DNA of 64,000 bases, from assembly GCA_013239625.1 (NCBI GenBank), contig MU053652.1, positions 4,949,902-5,013,901 of the forward strand. Direction: 5' to 3'. Positions 1 to 10,500 of the stretch are shown here, piece after piece. The stretch comes from Lama guanicoe. Taxonomy: Eukaryota. The notes beneath the pieces were generated by a model. That model searched no databases. It was given only the letters and a program-made list of their open reading frames with translations, and was not told the DNA's origin. The position numbers and the translations under genes were made by a program. Position 1 is the first letter of the stretch; each line of letters opens with the position of its first letter.

Positions 1-27
1 CGGCCGACACAAGGAGAGGGGGCAGCG

Positions 28-48
28 CGGCGGCGGCGGCGGCGGCGG
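28..48 (+). repeat. (CGG)7 trinucleotide repeat
   Basis: Seven perfect CGG units read directly. Confidence 0.95.
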
Positions 49-430
49 CAGCGAGCGCGGCCTGGGAGGCTGCGGGGCGCCCCCTCACTCCCCGCCGGGT
101 GGCAGCCCCGGAGCGGGCGGGGGGCGCCGGAGGCACAGTCCGGCGATGAAGCGGCTTCCCCCTTGGCTGCTGCGAGCCGGGGCCAGGGTCCAAGGACAAA
201 GCCGGGAAGCGCTGGTGGCGCCGCGCCTCGGGCTGAGGGGGGGGCATGCACCTGCATAGCCCGCCGGGCCTTGGCTCTCCCGGCGCCTCAACTCCGCGGC
301 TCCGCTAGCCGGCTCCGGATTTATTAGAAGCCAGTTAATTAAAACTAAGAAGTGAAAATGGGAATGAGGTGGACGGCTCCGGCAGAGAACGCTTAAGGAC
401 ACCACGCCAATTCTTCCCTTCCTTCCTTCC

Positions 431-439
431 GAGGTAGGT
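431..439 (+). other. Candidate 5' splice donor of an LRRC4 5'UTR exon (GAG|GTAGGT)
   Basis: Near-consensus donor ~280 bp upstream of the inferred ATG; the acceptor would lie in the N-run. Confidence 0.55.
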
Positions 440-711
440 GACAGCGAATGATTGGGTGGGGATGGTCGTAACGGGGGAGAGAAAGTCTCAGCTTTCCGAG
501 GGCTGGCTTTGAGGGGGGCTGGTAGACGAGGGGGCCACTCATTAGTTTGGCAGGATTTTTTCCGGNNNNNNNNNNNNNNNNNNNNNNNNNNNNNNNNNNN
601 NNNNNNNNNNNNNNNNNNNNNNNNNNNNNNNNNNNNNNNNNNNNNNNNNNNNNNNNNNNNNNNNNNNNNNNNNNNNNNNNNNNNNNNNNNNNNNNNNNNN
701 NNNNNNNNNNN

Positions 712-2673
712 NNNNNNNNNNNNNNNNNNNNNNNNNNNNNNNNNNNNNNNNNNNNNNNNNNCCTGCTCCCCGTCGTCTACCTCACGGCGCAAGTGTGGAT
801 TCTGTGTGCAGCCATCGCTGCTGCCGCCTCCGCCGGGCCCCAGAACTGCCCGTCCGTCTGCTCGTGCAGTAACCAGTTCAGCAAGGTGGTGTGCACCCGC
901 CGGGGCCTCTCCGAGGTCCCTCAGGGCATCCCTTCCAACACCCGGTACCTCAACCTCATGGAAAACAACATCCAGATGATCCAGGCCGACACCTTCCGCC
1001 ACCTCCACCACCTGGAGGTCCTGCAGCTGGGCAGGAACTCCATTCGGCAGATCGAGGTGGGGGCCTTCAACGGCCTGGCCAGCCTCAACACCCTGGAGCT
1101 GTTTGACAACTGGCTGACAGTCATCCCGAGCGGGGCCTTTGAATACCTGTCCAAGCTGCGGGAGCTCTGGCTTCGCAACAACCCCATAGAAAGCATCCCC
1201 TCTTATGCCTTCAACCGGGTGCCCTCCCTCATGCGCCTGGACTTGGGGGAGCTCAAGAAGCTGGAGTACATTTCTGAGGGGGCTTTTGAAGGACTGTTCA
1301 ACCTCAAGTACCTGAACTTGGGCATGTGCAACATTAAAGATATGCCCAATCTCACCCCGCTGGTGGGGCTGGAGGAGCTGGAGATGTCAGGGAACCACTT
1401 CCCTGAGATCAGACCTGGCTCCTTCCACGGCCTAAGCTCCCTCAAGAAGCTATGGGTCATGAACTCACAGGTCAGCTTGATTGAGCGGAATGCTTTTGAT
1501 GGGCTGGCCTCGCTGGTGGAACTCAACCTGGCCCACAATAACCTCTCTTCTTTGCCCCATGACCTCTTCACCCCCCTGAGGTACCTGGTGGAGCTGCACT
1601 TACACCACAATCCTTGGAACTGTGATTGTGACATTCTGTGGCTAGCCTGGTGGCTTCGGGAATACATACCCACGAATTCCACCTGCTGCGGCCGATGTCA
1701 TGCTCCCTTGCACATGCGAGGCCGCTACCTGGTGGAGGTGGACCAGGTCTCCTTCCAGTGCTCTGCCCCTTTCATCATGGATGCACCTCGGGACCTCAAT
1801 ATCTCTGAGGGTCGGATGGCGGAACTTAAGTGTCGGACTCCCCCCATGTCGTCCGTGAAGTGGTTGCTGCCCAATGGGACAGTGCTCAGCCATGCCTCCC
1901 GCCACCCCAGGATCTCTGTCCTCAACGATGGCACCTTGAACTTTTCCCACGTGCTGCTCTCAGACACTGGGGTATACACATGCATGGTGACCAATGTGGC
2001 AGGCAACTCCAACGCCTCGGCCTACCTCAACGTGAGCACGGCCGAGCTCAACACCTCCAACTACAGCTTCTTCACCACGGTCACAGTGGAGACCACTGAG
2101 ATCTCGCCTGAGGACACAACGCGCAAATACAAGCCTGTTCCTACTACGTCCACTGGTTACCAGCCGGCATATACCACCTCTACCACGGTGCTCATTCAGA
2201 CCACCCGTGTGCCCAAGCAGGTGGCAGTCACCGCGACAGACANNNNNNNNNNNNNNNNNNNNNNNNNNNNNNNNNNNNNNNNNNNNNNNNNNNNNNNNNN
2301 NNNNNNNNNNNNNNNNNNNNNNNNNNNNNNNNNNNNNNNNNNNNNNNNNNNNNNNNNNNNNNNNNNNNNNNNNNAGCAGAGGAGTACAGTCACGGCCGCC
2401 CGGACAGTTGAGATCATCCAGGTGGATGAAGACATCCCGGCGGCGGCATCTGCAGCAGNNNNNNNNNNNNNNNNNNNNNNNNNNNNNNNNNNNNNNNNNN
2501 NNNNNNNNNNNNNNNNNNNNNNNNNNNNNNNNNNNNNNNNNNNNNNNNNNNNNNNNNNNNNNNNNNNNNNNNNNNNNNNNNNNNNNNNNNNNNNNNNNNN
2601 NNNNNNNNNNNNNNNNNNNNNNNNNNNNNNNNNNNNNNNNNNNNNNNNNNNNNNNNNNNNNNNNNNNNNNNNN
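712..2673 (+). CDS. LRRC4: Leucine-rich repeat-containing protein 4 (NGL-2): signal peptide, LRRNT, LRR array, LRRCT, Ig domain, Thr-rich stalk; TM and cytoplasmic tail largely masked
   Basis: Translation [53 protein letters not shown]...[29 protein letters not shown]...[21 protein letters not shown] matches LRRC4. Start and stop both fall in N-runs; coordinates are inferred from the recalled 653-aa human protein (L18 at 763), +/- a few codons. The track's 547 start and 2700 end are artefacts of the Ns. Confidence 0.97.
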
Positions 2674-4400
2674 NNNNNNNNNNNNNCAAAAACCTTATAA
2701 AATGCAATAGAATGCACACACAAAAAAAGACAGCAACTTTTGTACAGAGTGGGGAGAGACTTTTTCTTGTATATGCTTATATATTAAATCTATGGGCTGG
2801 TAAAAGAAACAGATTATATTAAAATTTAAAAAGAAAAATCAAAACAAAACTATTTTCTAACTTGTAAGTTCTATTTAAAGGGGGCGGGGGGACCTTGGGA
2901 ATGTTGTGGGGTAGAAGCCACAAGTCAACTTGCTATGCTGCCAGAAGGGATTTCTGGTATAAGGTTGAAACTGCTAAGATAAACTAGAACACCAACCAAC
3001 ATCCCTAAAGAGTTAGGGTGTAGGCTGCCGAGGGTCGAGGGTAGACTGAATCTCTTTTTTTTTTTTAGAAGATGCTTCATAGGACACAGGACTACCCATT
3101 TCTATAGACATCTTTCTTAGGCTGAGAGCTGTCTTTGCAGATTTCTCTTATTTAAACAAAAAAGTACAAAAAAAAAAGCACCAAGAATTTGTACTGTGCT
3201 AAAATGTTGAGAGGCAATAATCTTTCTTTCTTCAGAGGCCAAGGGAAAGATAGATCTATAAAATGTAACTTAAACACTAAAATTCAAATGAACCCTTAAA
3301 GGGACTGAGTCTTTATGTGTGTGTGTCCCTGTGCACGAGTCTCCTTGGTTTGTGCACTGGGACACGGTGTGCCCCGCCTGACAGAGCACTTCGGGAAGAA
3401 GCAGAGAAGGCAGGGAGCTTGCGTAGCTCTCAGTCAAATGCTTTCACATTGCACCAGATTCCTGCAGTTGGGCTTAACTCACTCTGCAAGGCATGTGTCT
3501 ATTCAGGGCTTCCCAGGAGAAGGAGGCGGCCCCTGAAGGGGGTGCGGTACGGAGGGGGATGGGAAGGGCGAGCAGAAGCAGAGAGAATGTATTCACAGGA
3601 GGCCATCAGTTAGCTTTGTGCCATGTCCACCTGTTGTTCCCCGTATCTGACAATTGTAGACAATGATGGCATTTGATGATTTTTTAAAAAATGGTTGGCT
3701 TGTTTTAACGTGGAGAAGGGAGGAGAGGCTGGGAGTGGGAAGCTTGGGGGAGTGGAAGCTTTTCTCATGCTTGGGATTTGGTGACTATTCTAAATGCTGA
3801 TTCATTAGGGATTATTACAGTTGATGTCAACTGGCTGTGGTGATGGGGTGGGGGCAGAACATGAGTAGAGGAAAAAAAGGAGAGATGGAAAGGGCACTGG
3901 CTCATTTAAAGTGATGAAGCCTTTCCCCACCAGGATGGTTCACAAAAAAGACGTGAAATCCACAGTTAAAACAAAAGTGATATACAGGCACACAGAGTGA
4001 GTTCTGCATGGAGTCCTGTTGAATGTAGCACAGTGGGGGGAAGGCTTCCCTCTCCCAGGCCTACCTCAGGAAGTGGTGGAAGAGAAAGGGTGGGTATGGG
4101 TGGGGAAGGCAGAGATCTCTGTTATTCTGGTCCATTTAATGATGTAACTTTCATTTATTATTTTAGCTTTAAAAGGAAATAAAGGGTTCAGTTTGAAAGG
4201 GGGTGGNNNNNNNNNNNNNNNNNNNNNNNNNNNNNNNNNNNNNNNNNNNNNNNNNNNNNNNNNNNNNNNNNNNNNNNNNNNNNNNNNNNNNNNNNNNNNN
4301 NNNNNNNNNNNNNNNNNNNNNNNNNNNNNNNNNNNNNNAGATTCTTATGAGCATCGACCAAATCATTTCTATTAAAAAATAAAAAGGGAGGGGAGGGGAG
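2674..4400 (+). other. LRRC4: LRRC4 3'UTR (end approximate)
   Basis: AU-rich sequence after the CDS with no obvious interspersed repeats; cluster of poly(A) signals at 4178-4477. Confidence 0.7.
4371..4383 (+). terminator. Candidate poly(A) signals ATTAAA (4371-4376) and AATAAA (4378-4383); alternatives AATAAA at 4178 and 4472
   Basis: Hexamers read directly, next to a masked block at the expected 3' end. Confidence 0.55.
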
Positions 4401-5924
4401 GGGAGGACAATGTTCAGTTTCTTTGAAGTATGGGAAGACGCTAAAGCTGTCAACCACCTTTCCTTAGCTTAAATAAAAGCACCCCGCTTCCAGGGCACCT
4501 TTCACAAGCTACGTGTGTTAGTCCCTGGCTTTGTTGGGGTACAAGCAGATTCCCTGTGCCCTGGAAGAGCAGGGGAAATGGGTCAGCCTCAGCTCCTGGG
4601 ACCTGGCCAGAAGTTAAATGCCACCTCAGCAGAAGTAGCCCGTCAGGCAGCACCAGCTCTACCCGGGGGCCCCGGGGGACCTGGATTTCAAAGGTCTGCA
4701 ATAATGTTGTTTGGCTGAAATATGCTACAGGCAGTGTTGCTTCCATTCTCTGGGTGCTAAATAGTCAAATGTGTCTTGGTGGCGGTGGGTGTCTGTCTCC
4801 TGATGCTTAGCTGAGGAAGATGTCCAGGCAGGCAGCGTGAACTGGGACCCTGTGTCTCTTCAGTGCTAGTATTTATACTAATGCAGGGAATCAGGACTGA
4901 GTGGGTGTGATCTCCCTGGCACTGAACAAGGAGAGAGGCAGGCAGCACTTTGCAGCAGTTGGCTAAGAAAGAGCCAATTCTCAATCCTGTGTGTGTGTGT
5001 GTTTTATATTCCTGGGTATCAGTGTTTGTGGCAGCATGTATGCATGGACTCACACATGGGCTCACACTGGAGTGCCATCCACGTTTCTAGGCTCCAAAGA
5101 TATGTTCCCTCTGCCTTTCCTTTACTACCCTACCCCCAATGAAGAGAGAAAACTGCAGCAGAGGAGAGGGTGGGACTTGGCTAGGACCAGCTGAAAAACG
5201 CAAGAAATCACCCCCTTTCTTAATGCCGTAAGACACAACTCAGGCTGTTTAGAACAGCTTCCTCGGTACCATTTAGAGGCAACTGTGAAGGAAACAGAGG
5301 ATGGGGAGCCCATTTTCTAATAGCTCTCCCTTTTGACAGCTCTCTGGGCGGTCAGGGAACATGCAATAGCTCTGGAATGACAAAGGGCCTGGGGCCAAAC
5401 AAAGATCTGAGAGGAGAGGTGAAGAAGTGAGCCTAAAACATCCCTGGGGAAGGGTCCTAAGAAAAAAGGCATCTGTCTGGCGGGTAGAGCATATCCAGGT
5501 CTTGGAATCTGAGGGAGAAGGAGGAACCTCAAAGGAGTTGGGGGAGACTGAGGATATGGTTCCTGGGTGTAAGTGTCCTTAATGCTGCAAGGGTAGTTCC
5601 TTTCCCACTGGGCCTGCTCCCCGACCTGGGCACCGGTTCAGCTCTTAGAACGCCAGCCCTCCTTTGCCGGAACGTTGGGTATACCCTCCTTTGCAGCAGG
5701 CACTTGGGATAGCTTTTCAGAGAGGAGTCCCATGAGCAGCCTTTAATGCTGTGCTGGTGACTCATCCTCGGCCTGGCCAAGCTGTAGGGTTTGTGGATGG
5801 GTTGGTAGCTCTTCAGGGGGGTAGTTATAGCAACACGTTAGAGGAAGACTACTGCTGATAATATGGAGAATTTTCATTATAGAATTTTTTTTTAGGGCTG
5901 TGAAAAATTATTTAGTCTAATCCC

Positions 5925-6055
5925 TTCACATTTTATGGTCAAGGAAACTGAGCCCTGGAGAAACTGAAACCTATATCCAAGGTCACAGGGCTAGTTACTA
6001 GAAGAGGTGGGGCTGAAACCCAGGTCTCTCTACTCCCAAAGCGAACGTGCTTTCT
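5925..6055 (-). mobile_element. MIR SINE fragment
   Basis: aaggaaactgag...ccaaggtcacagggctagt...gaaacccaggtct is the reverse MIR core. Confidence 0.75.
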
Positions 6056-7314
6056 TAGTCAGGCTCTTATTGGCTAACAAGAACATCCTTCTTTCCTGGC
6101 CAGTGTGCAGTGAAAGTGGGACCTTCCTACAGATATTGCTGTGTTCTCGTCTCCTTCCTCTCAGAGCTGTCCAATCTCCTGCAGAACCAGCTCAACTGCT
6201 CTCAGAGACCTGAGCGAAATTCTCACCACAGGGGCCCCAAGTGCTCACGAAGGAGAGCTGGATTCTCAGGACTACACATGACAGCTTCCTGATTCTTAGG
6301 TTCAATGGCAGACAGAATCCACAGGATCCCACAGAGGGTGACAGCTACTAGGGAAAAGGTAAAGTAGACAAGGCAGGGTATTCACAATGGGAAAGGTAGC
6401 TTGGCCTTGGAAGCTTTGCGAGTAAAGAATTGACAGAGGTCTTAAAGGACCTTTCAGAGCAACTTCTCTACAGCGGAGTGGTTTCTGTTTATTTGACTGA
6501 ACAACGAGACTGCTGGGGAGGGTGGTGCACCTGAACACCTCTCCTCCACTGAAGCTACCCTAGCCCCAGCTCTTTAAGCGTCATGATCTGGTTGCCACTC
6601 TCATAATCTGTTCTAGGGCCTTTTATCACTCCTTGGTGTAAAGCTGCATCCTATTATCAATGTAGAATCGACAGGTTAGTTTTTAAGGTCCAGAGACGTT
6701 AGCTTTATCACGGCTGTTAACATGTACTTGGGTGTGGAGACAACGTAGCAAAGACTCCCTTCAAGACAATTCTTGCTGGTGGGGAAGAGGTCTAGAGTCC
6801 ATGGCCTTTAACAGCGGAGAGCTCTGGCTTCCTCCGGTGGAGATGGGTAGAAGGGTAGGCGTGGTGGGCCTTCATCAGCCCAAGCTACTACCTTAGGGGG
6901 CCAGAGCCCACAATTAAGCCTCCAACGTTTTACTGCAACAAAGCAGCAGGGGCTTAAAATTAGAGAAGAAGAAAAAGAGAACANNNNNNNNNNNNNNNNN
7001 NNNNNNNNNNNNNNNNNNNNNNNNNNNNNNNNNNNNNNNNNNNNNNNNNNNNNNNNNNNNNNNNNNNNNNNNNNNNNNNNNNNNNNNNNNNNNNNNNNNN
7101 NNNNNNNNNNNNNNNNNNNNNNNNNNNNNNNNNNNNNNNCTTGGTTTCCATCCATTCAGAAAGCACCCTTTTCCCCAGAGCGGGGAAGAATGGTTTGGGC
7201 AGTGGATTAAGGTTGTTTTCATCTTTGCTTTAAATTGAAATGAAGTAAATTGCTTCTTGGAGCAGGGATAAATGCTTTGGGAACCAGATCGGTGAAATAC
7301 ACATATTTGCAAAG

Positions 7315-7510
7315 CAATATAGCACAGTGCTTTCAAGTATAGACTCTGGAGCCAATCTTCCCGGGTTGAATCCCAGCTCCATCTCTTACTAGCTGTGCCA
7401 CTTTGGATAAATACTCACTTTCTTCATCTGTAAAATGGGCATGATGTTGGTAACTATCACGGTGCTTCACAGGTTGTTGGAGGAATTTAAATTTGACAAT
7501 ATATATAAGG
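7315..7510 (+). mobile_element. MIR SINE
   Basis: ctctggagcc...gggttgaatcccagctcc...ttactagctgtg...catctgtaaaatggg. Confidence 0.85.
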
Positions 7511-10500
7511 CGACAGACCAGCTGACCAGCCCCATTACCACCTCTATTCCTGAACTTCATCCATGTCCAAAGAGAGAATATGCTATTCCAGAGAGGAAGG
7601 GTGACTATCCAGCAGTCAGCGACAGCAGGGCAGCGCCATCTACAAGCCTCAGCACAATGGGAAAGATGGGTTGTACTTTTTCTTCCCAGGAAAACACTGC
7701 CTTATGCTCTGTTCTTTAATCGAGCTCTAGAGAAGACCCAAGGCACGGTCTCAGTCCAGGAACAAGATAACCCTTCCTTGTGATGGGCCAGGAGAGATGA
7801 AAGGTGCTGCTGGTGGGGGTGCACAGGCTGAGGGTTGGGACAGGAAACAGCTACTAGGAATTCTTGGTCCTTTACCAAGAGGGTAAGCTTCCTAGAGTCT
7901 TCTCCACCTATCTCTGCTTCTCTGGCAGGGCGCTTTTCTAAGTTGGGGGATGGGGGTGGGAGGATGGAGGCACCAGGAAGGAGAAGGGAGCACAGAGAGG
8001 CTGCTGGGGCTTCAAAGCAGTATTGGAGGGCTTCGAGGAAAGAAAGGCAGAAGAAAAAGCACCACAATCGGAGCAAGTGAGAGCAGAATGGAGCTAGCTG
8101 TATGGCAGACACACAGCTAAGGGTCTGCAATGCAGTTAGGGAGGAAAGCCAGGGAGATTCCTCTGCCTGAGCAAGAAGGGGGGCTGGCTGGACCCTAGAT
8201 GGGGGAGGACCCTTAGTGTAAAATTCGTGGCACAGAACAGAGGAGAAGAAAAACAGGGAGATCAACTTTCCAAGAGAAGCCTAAGAAAGCAAGCACTTGA
8301 CTTCCTAATGAGAGGCTAGAATTAGATTTTAGGATGATCACAGGTTTCATTCTCTCGAACATGCCAGCTCTGCTGTCAGTACTTGGGCCAAACCACCTAC
8401 CCACAACAGTCCTGCTCCCTGTGCTGGAGGCTGTCCACTGCTTGAGGGGAGCAACCCAGCCCTCAGGGCTGTAATCTAATTCTGATCCTGATGGGCTCAC
8501 TCAGGGGCCAGGGGCTCCCTCATTTCTGTGAAGGCACAGTCATGGGGGGAGGGGGAGGGAGAAGGAGAGGGTGCAGCTCGCTTTTTATCCACAGAGTTAC
8601 TCCAGAGGGAGGGTGTTATATAAATTGTGTTTTCCTATGAACATAATCATGACCATGAGTTCGGGGTACATGGACCCCGGCAGTGAGTCACAGAGATCAG
8701 GCCAGGCCTGTGGGGGATTGCCCTGGGAGAAGCTGTCTCGGCAAAGGAAGTTAGCATTTGAGAGTATGGCGTTGTCTTCTCTAGGGTGCACCGTTAGAGG
8801 TTCTAAACCTTCAGCAGGGAAGCATTGAGATGAGCGGCCACGCTAATGCCAGGTGTGGGGATTAGATGGACCAAAGCAGTACTTAGCCTTTCAGGCTCAT
8901 TCTGTGCACCTAGGAACAATACTAGAGCAATTACTCAAGTTTAGATTAATTACTAAATAGCAAAGGAACAACCCTTGAATTCACTTGTGTCTTGAATATC
9001 CACCTTCTTACATCTTCCATTAATAAAAACACACCTCCCTCAGTTAATTCTCATATCAGGTTTCCCACCCACAACCCCCTTTAAGAAAGCCTGTCTGTTG
9101 TGATAGGACCTAGGATATCCCGCAACATCCTTCCACTCTAGAAGATGGATGGCTCTTTCTTCCTGCTGATGGTCCTGTTTCCTCTTCCTAGGCAAGTCCT
9201 TAAATCTGTAGTCTCTTATGTGTCTTTAATAAGGTCTCAACCCTAGTTTCCCTGTCTGCAGGTGCTGATTTAGCCACCAGATAAGCCATTCTACCTGCTC
9301 AGTGAGTCAGCAAGGATGACTGAGAAGAGCTCTTCGCCCACTAAACTTCCCTGTGCAAAGTTTGGTTTTCTGGCCTTGGGCTACGTCTTCCAGGCCCTAC
9401 CCACTCACCCAGGTTCATCGAGACCATTCAGACAGGTTCTCCCGCTCAGATTCCACCCCGCAGGTGAACTGAATGAGCTATAGGCAGATGTCTATGAAGA
9501 CAGCTCCCTGGGTAGTGCAGCCGTGTTTGTAGGAACGCTCAGGGCATCCCTCACAATAGGCCCATCACAGCCCCAGAAATGGAGCTGAGGCCTCAGATAC
9601 TAACAGCCTGTCCCTGCAGCCTTCCAGCTGCAGTGGATACAAATTATAATCTATTACCATTGCAAGAAGACTTAATTTCTGGACTTAAAGGAAGTCGGAT
9701 AATGCTTTATCCTATTAGTGTCTGCCTGTGTGAACTGACAATGGCTTCTTCTGACATGACAGCATATTCTTCCAATTCATCTCTTAAGGGGATGAATTGG
9801 AAAAGTCTGGAGTGAGATAGGAGGGAGGGCCAAGGAAGAGACTACTATGGGAACCAGGGAAAGGGAAGACAACTTTTTAATTAGGAATGGGGAGAGAGGA
9901 CTTAGAAGGATACAACAAGACAGACATCTCAAAGCACGTTTGCATTTCATTTTGTTTCCCTTGTGAGGAAAGTGGTTGCAACTACTGGGTGTGTTGTATG
10001 CATGTGTGCGAGGGGAAAAGGTTTTGAGGCCACAGAGAAGTATGAACAAAGAGTAAGGAACCGGCCAATTCCCTGTGCCTCTAGTTTCAGCACATCAGGT
10101 TTGCTATCAAGGCTACTGGTCCACCTTGGGACAGCAGCGAACACTGAGGACAGAGTGACACTGTATGGCTTCTAACTTCAGGGATGTGGAGACAGTGAAG
10201 GGAATTCCCAAGTTAATCCAGACAACCTAGTTGGACCTTCTTCATTCTATTTGTGAGGAAAATGAACCCCAGGGGATGGGACTGCCAGTGTCTGCTAGCT
10301 GGGGATGCAGGCCCCTGGGTTCTGGTTTCTCAACTCAGCACCATTACTGAACGCCGGCAGGGAGGGCCACCAGGACTTACAACTCCAGGGAGTGCCATTT
10401 ACAGAAGCTATACCTATACAGTGATTGGTGCCCCCTGGAGTTTGCAGTTTGGTGCAATCCTGTACCCTTTGCTTCCAGGGAGAGAGCGGAAGAGGGGGAA

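Larger units (their letters stand above)
1..545. promoter_or_regulatory. CpG island / LRRC4 5' region (promoter and non-coding first exon); CpG richness continues into the CDS
   Basis: Very high GC and CpG density compared with the CpG-poor remainder; immediately upstream of the LRRC4 CDS. Confidence 0.85.

Noticed and set aside
85-1011. 308-aa minus-strand ORF and other ORFs overlapping LRRC4
   Set aside because: Antisense or alternate-frame shadows of a GC-rich CDS, inflated by N-runs and non-ATG starts
547-2700. 717-aa ORF boundaries
   Set aside because: Starts at TTG and reads through Ns; the true start and stop are masked (~712 and ~2673)
7702-8265. 187-aa minus-strand ORF
   Set aside because: Non-ATG start; low-complexity translation of purine-skewed intronic DNA
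9252-9270. REST-like motif on the minus strand (ATCAGCACC-tgc-AGACAG)
   Set aside because: A 3-nt spacer fits neither canonical nor extended spacing
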